Origin: a bacterium
GTDB lineage: Bacteria; UBA8248
Direction: 5' to 3'
Assembly (NCBI GenBank): GCA_965221165.1
Contig: CBDCRP010000003.1
Span: 1-64,000, forward strand
DNA length: 64,000 nt
Part shown: piece after piece, positions 30,150-39,025 of the stretch
Numbering within the stretch: position 1 is the stretch's first letter
How the letters are laid out: each line of letters opens with the position of its first letter
Notes under the pieces: model-generated
Seen by the model: the letters and a program-made list of their open reading frames with translations, nothing else
What the model was told of the DNA's origin: nothing
Databases searched by the model: none
Made by a program: the position numbers and the translations under genes

Positions 30150-30331
30150 ACGAGAAAGCAGAGATCGCCGCGCAAATCGGGCGGATGGCGCAAGACGTTT
30201 TCGGCCTGGAGGATGAGGAGCGGGTCGCCGCCTATGCTGATGAAGTGGCGGAAATGCTCTTGACGATGTCTTCCGCCTCAATCGAGAAAACGCAAGAGCC
30301 TTTCGCTCCACCCGCCCAAGAAGTAAAATAA
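30146..30331 (+). CDS. 61-aa acidic protein, possible GatC/AtzG-like amidase partner
   Basis: ATGA overlap with the ubiX stop, GGGGAG RBS, amphipathic helix pattern and C-terminal QEPF. Confidence 0.6.
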   Translation: MNEKAEIAAQIGRMAQDVFGLEDEERVAAYADEVAEMLLTMSSASIEKTQEPFAPPAQEVK

Positions 30332-30332
30332 A

Positions 30333-31832
30333 TTGCCACTCGCAAGGCTCGTACTCCCTTCGTTCTACCAGGACTCCGTAAAACTCATGCGGCTCTCGCG
30401 CGAAATTCGCAAAAGGCCGGGTGTTTCCGAGATGGCGGCGCTCATGGGCACGCCTGCGAACCGGGAGATCATGTTGCAAGCAGGACTGGCCAGTGAGAGC
30501 GGCGCCGACGCCGGGCCGAATGATCTGATTCTCGCCGTCGAGGCGGATTCGCGAGAACTCGCGCTGGAAGCGATTGAAGAGGCAAAAGCCCTTTTGACGC
30601 AAGAACGGGTCGGCGGTGACGGCGTGAGCGATTTTTCGCCCTCGAGCTTGGCGGGAGCGCTCGCCGCAGCGCCTGATTCGAACCTCGCGATGATTTCCGT
30701 ACCCGGCGCTTACGCCGCAAAAGAGGCCATGAGCGCCCTGCGCAGTAGGCTCCATGTATTCCTGTTCAGCGACAACGTGCCGGTGGATGATGAGGTGGCG
30801 CTCAAGCGAGAGGCCATCAAGCGCGGTCTTCTCCTGATGGGTCCTGACTGCGGAACGGCGCACATCGGCGGCGTAGGACTCGGTTTCGCCAACGTGGTGA
30901 AACCGGGGCGAGTAGGCTGTATCGCCGCTTCGGGTACCGGTCTTCAGTCTCTCGTTTCACAACTCGATGCCCTAGGCGAGGGAATTTCCCACGGCATAGG
31001 CGTGGGCGGACGCGATTTATCCGCCGAGGTGGGCGCTTTAATGACGCTCCACGCGCTCGATTTTTTATCGAGTGATCCTGATACAGAAATCGTGGCGCTC
31101 ATATCCAAGCCGCCCGATGTGGAGGTATTGCCCAAAATCGAAGAGGCGCTCAAAAACTTCAATAAGCCGTACGTCGTCTGCTTTTTGGGTGCGGAAAACC
31201 CGGGATGGGCCGAAACTCTGGAGGATGCCGGCCACGCCGTGGCGGCGATCCTGAAAGGAGAAGACCATAGGCCGGAAAATTTCTTCGCTCAGACGGGGCT
31301 GAAGGAGAAAATCGCCTCCTTGAAGCCGGAAAAGGGAGCCGGGAGCGAGGGGATTCTCGGGCTTTTCTCCGGCGGCACGCTTGCCCACGAGAGCTATCTG
31401 ATTCTGGAGTCGTTGCTCGGCGGTGTGTCCTGGAACGAGGAGGTGGGCCGCCACCGGGTTCTCGACCTGGGAGATGATCGTTATACGGTAGGGAAACCCC
31501 ATCCCATGATAGACTCCGAGTCCCGCGCGGAATTCATCGTGCAATCTGCGGCGGATGATGGCGTAGGGGTGATCTTGTTCGATCTGATGCTGGGCAGGGC
31601 AAGCGCGCAGGACCCGGCGGGCCCTCTGGCGCGCGCGATTAAAGAGGCGGGAGCCAAGGCGAAGGATTTGGTTTTCGTCGCCTCGGTGGTGGGAACGGCT
31701 GATGATCCACAAGATATGGATGAACAGATGCGGATTCTCGAAGACGCGGGCGTGGTGGTTCTATCCTCGAATGCGGGGGCGACGCGCTTCTCCGCTGCCT
31801 TGATGCGGCCGGATTTGGTAGTGGACGCATAG
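30333..31832 (+). CDS. fdrA: FdrA/AllF-family protein (succinyl-CoA synthetase alpha-like)
   Basis: YQDSVKLM, MGTPANR, ISVPGAYA, FLFSDNV, LMGPDCGT, ASGTGLQ, GVGGRDLS, DLGDDRYTVGKPHPMID. Confidence 0.92.
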   Translation: MPLARLVLPSFYQDSVKLMRLSREIRKRPGVSEMAALMGTPANREIMLQAGLASESGADAGPNDLILAVEADSRELALEAIEEAKALLTQERVGGDGVSDFSPSSLAGALAAAPDSNLAMISVPGAYAAKEAMSALRSRLHVFLFSDNVPVDDEVALKREAIKRGLLLMGPDCGTAHIGGVGLGFANVVKPGRVGCIAASGTGLQSLVSQLDALGEGISHGIGVGGRDLSAEVGALMTLHALDFLSSDPDTEIVALISKPPDVEVLPKIEEALKNFNKPYVVCFLGAENPGWAETLEDAGHAVAAILKGEDHRPENFFAQTGLKEKIASLKPEKGAGSEGILGLFSGGTLAHESYLILESLLGGVSWNEEVGRHRVLDLGDDRYTVGKPHPMIDSESRAEFIVQSAADDGVGVILFDLMLGRASAQDPAGPLARAIKEAGAKAKDLVFVASVVGTADDPQDMDEQMRILEDAGVVVLSSNAGATRFSAALMRPDLVVDA

Positions 31833-31835
31833 ACC

Positions 31836-32009
31836 ATGAAAGATTTACGCCAAAAACCGCTCCGGGTCGTTAATCTGGGGCTAGAGATATTCGCGGATGA
31901 ACTAAAGAGCCAGAACGTGGCCGTGACGCACGTACGTTGGCGGCCACCGGCGGGGGGAAAGCCTCATCTGCTCGAAATACTGGAAAAACTCGAAGAACTC
32001 GATAGATGA
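31836..32009 (+). CDS. 57-aa stand-alone FdrA C-terminal domain protein (absent from the ORF track)
   Basis: Translated by hand: MKDLRQKPLRVVNLGLEIFADELKSQNVAVTHVRWRPPAGGKPHLLEILEKLEELDR. Matches the N[IL]GL..F...L...W.P.AGG motif of the FdrA C-terminus. Confidence 0.85.
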   Translation: MKDLRQKPLRVVNLGLEIFADELKSQNVAVTHVRWRPPAGGKPHLLEILEKLEELDR

Positions 32010-32045
32010 GTCATGGCGAACGATACAAAAGTAGGGGAGTGAAAA

Positions 32046-33401
32046 ATGAGTGAACCTTGGCGTTTAAGCCTCTCTGATGGGCTGAGAAAAATCGAGGAAG
32101 GCGGCTTGTCCTCTTCTGAATGGACGCGCTCTTTGCTGGAGCGGATCGATGCGCTCGATGGAAAACTCCTGGCGTGGGCGCACGTGGACAGGGAGGGCGC
32201 GCTGGCCGGGGCAAAGGCGATTGATGAGCGCATCGCCGACGGGCAGGGGAGTGGCGCGCTCGGGGGCGCCGCCATCGGCTTTAAGGACATCGTGGACGTC
32301 GTCGGTCTGCCGCGTGAGGCGAACTCTCCTCTGCTCAAAGGCTATATAGCGGATGAGGACGCCACCGTCACGACGCGCTTAAAAAATGCGGGCGCGCTTT
32401 GCCTCGGCAAGACGGTCACCACGCAGTTCGCCACATCCGATCCCTCGGAAACGCGAAATCCATGGAATTTCAAGAGAAGCCCCGGAGGCTCGAGCAGCGG
32501 CTCCGCAGCCGCCGTTGCCACGGGAATGGTCCCGGCAGCCCTGGGCAGCCAGACGGGCGGTTCGACCTTGCGGCCTTCTGCGTTTTGCGGGGTAGTGGGG
32601 CTCAAGCCCACCTATGGCCGGATACCGAGAAGCGGGCTGATTACTGTGTCGTGGAATCTGGACCACGTGGGCGTCATTACAAGGTGCGCCGAGGATGCGG
32701 CGCGCGTTCTCACGGCCATCTCAGGCGCGGATGGGCTTGACGCCCAAGCGCCCGACGTCGCCGTGCCCGATTACGCCCAAGCCTCAGCACCGGCAAAACC
32801 GAAGCGGGCGTGTTTCTGGAAAGAGGATCTCCTCCCCCACGCGAGCGAAGAAGTAGCCGGACGCATCGAGGAGTGCGTCGCGAGCTTGAAAGCTAGCGGA
32901 GTAGATGTTGCAGAAGCAAAACTACCCGTAGACGTGGACGAAATGCACGCGGCGCACCGGATCATCATGCGCGTGGAGGCGGCCGCCTATCACGACAAGA
33001 TGTTTCTGGAGAATCAAGACGCCTATGCTTCCCAGATTCGAAAAAATATCTCCACGGGCCTCATGACGCCTGCGGTTCACTACGTGAACGCCCTGCGCTT
33101 TCGCGCCCGCTTCATTCAGCGGATGGAGGATTTTTCCAGAAACTTCGACCTCGTCATCTTGCCCTCCCAGGTGGAGCGCCCCCCCATCGCCGAGGAGTCC
33201 ACCGGAAACGCCCTGTTCAACGAGCCCTTCACGCAAATCGGGTTTCCGGCGGTCAGCCTCCCGGTGGGCCGGGGGGATGAGAACCTGCCCATCGGGATTC
33301 AACTGGGCGGACGCCGTTTCGGTGAGGCCGCTCTTCTCTCCGCCGCCCGCTGGTGCGAGGCGGAACTGGGCTGGGCCTCTGAATTTCCGGATATCGGATA
33401 A
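32046..33401 (+). CDS. Amidase signature family enzyme
   Basis: FKD, GKTVTTQFA, TRNPWN, PGGSSSGSAAAV, GSQTGGSTLRPSAFCGVVGLKPTYG (Ser-cisSer-Lys triad). Confidence 0.95.
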   Translation: MSEPWRLSLSDGLRKIEEGGLSSSEWTRSLLERIDALDGKLLAWAHVDREGALAGAKAIDERIADGQGSGALGGAAIGFKDIVDVVGLPREANSPLLKGYIADEDATVTTRLKNAGALCLGKTVTTQFATSDPSETRNPWNFKRSPGGSSSGSAAAVATGMVPAALGSQTGGSTLRPSAFCGVVGLKPTYGRIPRSGLITVSWNLDHVGVITRCAEDAARVLTAISGADGLDAQAPDVAVPDYAQASAPAKPKRACFWKEDLLPHASEEVAGRIEECVASLKASGVDVAEAKLPVDVDEMHAAHRIIMRVEAAAYHDKMFLENQDAYASQIRKNISTGLMTPAVHYVNALRFRARFIQRMEDFSRNFDLVILPSQVERPPIAEESTGNALFNEPFTQIGFPAVSLPVGRGDENLPIGIQLGGRRFGEAALLSAARWCEAELGWASEFPDIG

Positions 33402-33521
33402 GGAGATTCATGCCGTTTTCGAGGCCCATCCGTACGGTTTGGTTTTTGTCGCAAAACGGTGATGTTTCTTGATTTAACCGTCCGGTATGATTTAAGATTT
33501 TTCCATACGGTATTTTGATTT

Positions 33522-33537
33522 CATACATTGTTGTATG
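33522..33537. promoter_or_regulatory. Palindromic candidate operator
   Basis: CATACA-N4-TGTATG in the AT-rich region upstream of the VOC gene. Confidence 0.35.
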
Positions 33538-33606
33538 GGCGATGCCGAAGGAGCAGTTTATTTATTTGTTCCTCCCGACATTCGGCCAGGAATGAACCGA
33601 GCGTTT

Positions 33607-34095
33607 ATGTTCAAGACGACTAAGATAGGGCACGTCGGATTCTGGACGAAAGATCTTGCCCGAATGGAGGATTTTTACACCCGGGTGCTGGGTTTCAAGG
33701 TAACGAGCAGAAGCGGCCCGGGAGCAATGGCGCCGGGAGGCGCCTCTGTATTTTTGCGCTGCAATATCACCCATCATGAGGTCGTATTCTTTCAGGCCCC
33801 GGAAGATGCCTCGGGGCTCTATCCCGAATCAGGTAATTCCATGGCGGAGACCAAGCCGGGTTTTCAGCATCTGGCCTTCGAAGTGCTGAACCGGGGAGAG
33901 TGGCTCAAGGCGCTTCGGCATGTGAAAGAGTGCGGCGTCAAGATTGAATACGGCCCTTTGGTGCATGGTCCCGAGGGAGACGGGTTCGAGCAGGGCAGCG
34001 GCAACCGCGCTTTTTATTTCTGCGACCCGGACGGCAACTACATCGAGTTGTATTGCGATATCGACACGTTTCGTGAAGAAGAGGAAAGTTCTTGA
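33607..34095 (+). CDS. VOC-family protein (extradiol dioxygenase-like single domain)
   Basis: IGHVG, FYTRVLGF, FLRC..HH, QHLAF, YFCDPDGNYIE (His/His/Glu ligands). Confidence 0.88.
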   Translation: MFKTTKIGHVGFWTKDLARMEDFYTRVLGFKVTSRSGPGAMAPGGASVFLRCNITHHEVVFFQAPEDASGLYPESGNSMAETKPGFQHLAFEVLNRGEWLKALRHVKECGVKIEYGPLVHGPEGDGFEQGSGNRAFYFCDPDGNYIELYCDIDTFREEEESS

Positions 34096-34371
34096 TTCCC
34101 GTTATTGTACGTAGATTCTGGGAATCGTTTTATTTCGTGCATTACTATTCACCAAGGAGGAAAGTCAGATGAAGTACCTGAAAAACGCTGCGCCTCTGGA
34201 AGCGGAATCTACCGAGGGATAACGCCAAGTGGAGAGGTATGCCCCTAGACGCTGATGCCTCCTGCTGAAATTCTGCTTCGGGGGCGTGAAGACTTTCCCG
34301 AATCGGATATACGCTTTGGGTCGATGCGCAGGCTATATCAAGGTGACGGCGCCCGGGAAAATCCCCACCAT

Positions 34372-35121
34372 CTAGGCCAGAAAGAAACCCCCGTTCACGT
34401 CGATGGTGACGCCGGTGACGTGGCGCGCGTCGTCCGAGGCGAGAAAGGCGACGACGCCCGCGATGTCCTCGGGCGCGGCGATGCGTCCGAGCGGCGTGGC
34501 GGCTTCTGTTTTTCGCCTTTGCGCATCGTTCATTTGCTCAAGGATGCGCTCGGTGCCGACGACGCCCGGGGCGATGGCGTTCACGTTGATGTTGTGGGGG
34601 CCGAACTCGCGCGCCAGATGGCGCGTGAGGCCGATGACGGCGGCCTTGGCGCTCGAGTAGTGCGGCCCCTGGAGCACGCTGGCCGAGCGGCCCGCCACGG
34701 AGGAGAAATTGACGATTTTGCCCGCCCTCTGCTCCTGCATGTGGGGCAGCACCGCCCAGCAGGCGCGGTAGGTGGTCTTCACGTTCATGTCGAACATCTT
34801 ATCGAACGCCTCCTCGTCGATTTCCAGCGCCGAGAGGGGAAGCCCTCCTCCGACGCAGTTGACGAGGCCATCAATTGGCCCGTGCGTCGAAATCGCCTCC
34901 TGAAAGACTCGTTTCACGTCTTCAGAGTCGAATGCGTCGAAGGCCGTAGCGTTCGCACTGCCAACGCCGCATTCTTTGATGCGCCTCGCGGTATCCTCGC
35001 GCGAGTCGGCGATGTCCATACAGACGACGTGCGCGCCCTCGCGCGCGAGCCTGAGCGCGCTCGCTTGTCCGATACCTCCTCCCGCGCCCGTAACGATGAT
35101 GGTCTTGTTCTCGAAACGCAT
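34372..35121 (-). CDS. SDR oxidoreductase
   Basis: TGAGGGIG, YSSAK, NAIAPG, DVNGG. Confidence 0.92.
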   Translation of the reverse strand: MRFENKTIIVTGAGGGIGQASALRLAREGAHVVCMDIADSREDTARRIKECGVGSANATAFDAFDSEDVKRVFQEAISTHGPIDGLVNCVGGGLPLSALEIDEEAFDKMFDMNVKTTYRACWAVLPHMQEQRAGKIVNFSSVAGRSASVLQGPHYSSAKAAVIGLTRHLAREFGPHNINVNAIAPGVVGTERILEQMNDAQRRKTEAATPLGRIAAPEDIAGVVAFLASDDARHVTGVTIDVNGGFFLA

Positions 35122-35310
35122 GTCATTTCTCCTCTGGATGAGGCCGCATCCTAGCCCAGGTTGAAAAAATTGTCTCGCTAGGTTGGAGCGCTTCTCAGGC
35201 CGTGAATAAGATGGTAGTTTGGGAGTTCTATGAGACGATAATACCGCTCGAGAAAGGGGGGATCGGTGTCAAGACCACGTATTCAGCAAGAAGACGAAGG
35301 ATGAGGTGAC

Positions 35311-36349
35311 ATGAAATTCTCGATTTTTTACGTGATTTGTCCCGAGGGAGACGAATCAGAAGCCGACGCCTACCAGAAGGTAATGGAGCAATGCCAGGCG
35401 GCGGATGAACTCGGTTATCACTGCGCCTGGTTCGCGGAGCATCATTTCTCAAAGGTAGGTATCTGCCCGGATCCCTTGCTGTGGTGTGCAGCGCTGGCGC
35501 AGAAGACCCAAAACATCCGCCTGGGCACGGCGATCTCCATCATGCCCTTCCACAATCCGGTGCGTCTGGCCGAGCAGGCGGCGGTGGTCGATCTGCTTAG
35601 CGGCGGACGGCTGGAACTGGGCGTGGGCCGGGGTTCTCAGCCCAAGGAGTTCAAGGCGTTCGGCATGAAACCCTCTGAGAGCAGAAAGCGCCTCGTAGAA
35701 GGCATGGAGATCGTCTCGAGGCTCCTGGAAGGCGAAGAAGTGACCTTCGAGGGCGAGTATTACCAGTGCAAGGACGTGCAGATTTCCCCCCGACCCATCC
35801 AAAAGCCGAGGCCGCCCATCTGGCTCGCCGGAACGAGTCCCGAGACCTACACCTACGCGGGCGAGAACGGGTTCAAGATCATGGCCTCGGCGGGCTTCAA
35901 GGGTCCCCAGGTCTACCGCGAGAAGATGAAGCTCTACGAGGTAGGCCGTGGCGGCGGCCGGGGGAGATACCTCCGACATCGACTACACCATGACGCATCG
36001 CTTCTACGTCTGTGAGGACAACGAGCAGGCCGATTATCTGGAAAATTTTGAAAAAGGGCTTTCCTCCTACCTCGAATACCGCGCCAGGGTGAACGAGGTG
36101 GAGTTCACGGACGAGGAGGGCAGGCACCTGCAGCGCAACTGGAGCTACCAACTCGACGCGCGCGAGTTTTTAAAAGGCGGCGGCGTCATCGGCTCCGCGA
36201 AAGAGAATATTCAGGAACTCTATCGCCTGAGGGATGATTTCGGGCTGAACCACGTGATTCTCGGCGTTTACGGCGACGGGATGAAACACGAGGAGTCTCT
36301 CAAACTTCTGGAGAGATTCGCCAAAGAGGTCGCGCCCGCGATGGCCTGA
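35311..36349 (+). CDS. Luciferase-like monooxygenase (LLM), one +1 frameshift near 35942
   Basis: WFAEHHF, RLAEQAAVVDLLSGGRLELGVGRG, PRPIQKPRPPIW. The C-terminal half (...LERFAKEVAP) continues in another frame; removing T35942 joins them. Confidence 0.85.
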
Positions 36350-36411
36350 CGCGCCGCTCACCCGGTGCGCCCCACGCCCACGCGAGCGCCAAGGCTTGGG
36401 AGGGTATCCGC

Positions 36412-36837
36412 ATGAGTTACGTGTTCGATTGGGACGACGGCGAAAAGATCGAGATGGAAGACATCGAATTGCCCCGGGGCTGGCGCATCCTCATCGACCC
36501 CCGGAATACGAAATCCCGGATGCTCAGCATGGGGAATCAGGACATCCCCGTCGGTGGCGGCATCCCCGTCCATCTTCATGAAAAAGAAGAAGAAATCCTC
36601 TTCTTCCACGAAGGAGAAGCCGAGGTGGAGGTGGACGGCGAGGTTCACCACGTCAAGGCGGGCATGACCGCCTTTCTGCCCGTGGGCGTGACGCATGGCT
36701 TAAGGAACACGGGCGACGTTCCCCTGAAACTCCTCTGGATGTTCTCACCCCCGGGATACGAGGAAATTTTCCGCCACATGGCGGGCATCGACACGGACCA
36801 CGGCAAGTACGAAGAACTGCATCCGAGGCAGGTGTAG
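36412..36837 (+). CDS. Cupin domain protein
   Basis: PVHLHEKEEEI...G and PVGVTHGLRNTG metal motifs; FSPPGYE. Confidence 0.9.
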   Translation: MSYVFDWDDGEKIEMEDIELPRGWRILIDPRNTKSRMLSMGNQDIPVGGGIPVHLHEKEEEILFFHEGEAEVEVDGEVHHVKAGMTAFLPVGVTHGLRNTGDVPLKLLWMFSPPGYEEIFRHMAGIDTDHGKYEELHPRQV

Positions 36838-37085
36838 GCCAACACAGACGTAACAGGGGGTATGATGCGAGTGGGGAGCGTTCTGCCTTCCTGCATCATC
36901 TCTTCAAATCGATCTTCTCGATCCAGTAATACTGCGAAGAGCGTGCTTAGGCCTGAGGGCGTTACGGAGACGAGTTCGGCCGTCGAATCCTTGACGCCGC
37001 GCATGCTGCCCAATTGCTGATAGATGCGAATGTGAAATTCCTCAGGCGGGAACTTCGCGCCAATCCGTTGTCCCGACTTTCAGCT

Positions 37086-37920
37086 TTACGCCTGCGCGAT
37101 GGGCGTATCCTCCCGGTTGCCCCACTCCTTCCAGGAACTCATGTAGTTTCTGACTTTGGGGTAATCCAGAAGTCTCAGGGCGAAATAACCGTGCGCCGCA
37201 CGGTAGCCCGTCTGTCAGTAGGCCGTCACTTCTTTTTCGGGCGTGATCCCGATGGCCTCGAACTGCGCACGAAGCTCGTCCGCAGGCTTCATCTCGCCCT
37301 CGGGCGTCAGGTGCTGGAGCCACTCCTGCCAGACGGCGCCGGGGATGATTCCGCTCCGCTTGGCGCGCATGCTCCGCCCCTCCCATTCCTCTATCGAGCG
37401 GGTGTCGAGCAGCATGTGGTTATCATCCTCGATGGCCGCCATCACGTCCTCGCGCGTGGCGAGGCGATGCGGCTCGAACGCCATTTCGAAAGAAGCGGCC
37501 CGGGGCGCTTCGGCGTCGCGCGTCGTCTCGAAGCCCGCCCGCTCCCATGCGCCGTAGCCGCCGTCGAGCACGTGGACGTCCTTATGGCCGAAAAGCTCCA
37601 GCATCCAGAAGCCGCGCACGCTCGTGTTGCCGACGAAGTCGTCGTAGAAGACGATGGTGTTCTCGAACGACACCCCCCGGTTTCCCAGCAGAAACGCCCA
37701 CATGCTGAAGAAATTCCTCAAGCGGGGCCTCGTCCGAATCGTCGCTGTTCACGCCGTAGACGTCGAAGTGGCGCGCGCCGGGGATGTGGCCCATCGTGTA
37801 GCGCTCGCCGGGGCGCGTGTCGATGATTCTTAAATTCTGGTCGTCCATGCGCTCTTTGAGTTCTTCGGCCGACCAGAGCAGATCGGGATTCGCATAACCT
37901 TTTGGACTGTCGCTCGACAT
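37086..37920 (-). CDS. Tandem-domain rhodanese/sulfurtransferase, probable selenoprotein (UGA at 37215-37217; +1 frameshift near 37720)
   Basis: [24 protein letters not shown]. Reading through UGA gives [36 protein letters not shown]...TAA, the canonical rhodanese C-terminus. Confidence 0.85.
37176..37214 (-). promoter_or_regulatory. Bacterial SECIS-like hairpin
   Basis: Immediately 3' of UGA: perfect ACCGUGC/GCACGGU stem, GGC loop starting 17 nt after UGA, lower stem GGGC/GCCC. Confidence 0.75.
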
Positions 37921-37935
37921 GGTGTTCTCCTCCGT

Positions 37936-38683
37936 CTAATCCGTCCAGAAACCGCCGTTCACGTCCACGGCTTCTCCGTTGATGTGGGCGGCCTCCTCGC
38001 TCGTTAGGAACAAGACGGTGTGCCACACGTCCTCGGGCGTCGTGAGCCTGCCCATCGGATGGGCGTTCGCGGCGTTCACCAGCATCTCGGGCGGAGACTG
38101 GAAGTGAAGGCCCGTATCGGCCGGGCCCGGCTGTATGGTGTTGATCGTTACGCCCGTCTTGGCGAGTTCGCGCGCCAGGTTGAACGTCATGGCGAGCAGG
38201 CCCGCCTTGGCGGCGGCGTAGGTGAGATTCGGGCCGATGCCCCCCATTTTACCCGCGATGGAGGCGAAACTGATGATGCGCCCCGTGCCAGAGGCCTTGA
38301 GCGCCTCGATGGTCTCCTGGATACAAAAATAAGGCGCCAGCAGGTTCACGCCGAGCACCACCTCCCAGTCCTCTTCTTCGAGTTCGAGGGGAGGGCGAAT
38401 CGGCATGTAGCCGGCCACGTTGGCCAGCACGTCGCAGCCGCCCAGCCACTCGAGAGCCGTGCGCATGGTGGTGCGAATGGCGTCCACGTCGGCCAGATCG
38501 CAGGGGAGCTTGAAGAGTTGATCGGATGGGCCGTCGATGGCGTCGAAGGCCTCGCCTTCCCTGTCGGTGGCGAAAACCTTGGCGCCGGCCTCCAGGTATC
38601 CTTGCAGGATGCGGCTTCCCATGGCGCCCGCAGCACCCGTGAGGATGACCTTTCGGCCCTGGAAAGTCAAAATGAATGGACAT
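37936..38683 (-). CDS. SDR oxidoreductase (probable +1 frameshift near 38664)
   Basis: TGAAGAMG, YAAAK, DVNGG. GGAG plus ATG 38683 gives MSIHFDF, which joins QGRKVIL if one T is removed; TTG 38670 is the unshifted alternative. Confidence 0.88.
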
Positions 38684-39025
38684 CGCGTTACTCCAACTCT
38701 GGGTTTTTGGTATGAACGGAAAGTCCCTCTTCAGCTTCTCGATGGGCGGATAATACACCACAAAACGAAGGGGAGGAAGCGGGAGGGGCTATTTCCCGAA
38801 ATGCCATGAGGGGCCTTTTTCGTCGATTTTTGGGGGTTTTACTTTGCCCCTGGAGTTGCTATGATAGGCTCATCGAATGCAAGGAAGGCGACATCGCGTT
38901 CTGTCGAATCCGGGGGATTGCGATGTGATCGATGTAGTATACCTATCCAATAATCAAGCAAAGGATAAGAACATAAAAGCGCCCTGCGGCATGCGCTTCG
39001 ATGCCGCAAACGAGTGGAGGTTGTG

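Noticed and set aside
35930-35960. Programmed frameshift in the LLM gene
   Set aside because: No slippery heptamer, and similar single-base insertions in neighbouring genes point to error or decay.
36840-37085. Possible gene remnant between the cupin and rhodanese genes
   Set aside because: The minus-strand frame is open but has no RBS, clear start or recognisable motif, and it runs antisense into the cupin.
38900-39025. Moco/Wco riboswitch upstream of the molybdoenzyme
   Set aside because: Only one simple hairpin is visible, and I cannot identify the multi-stem consensus by eye.
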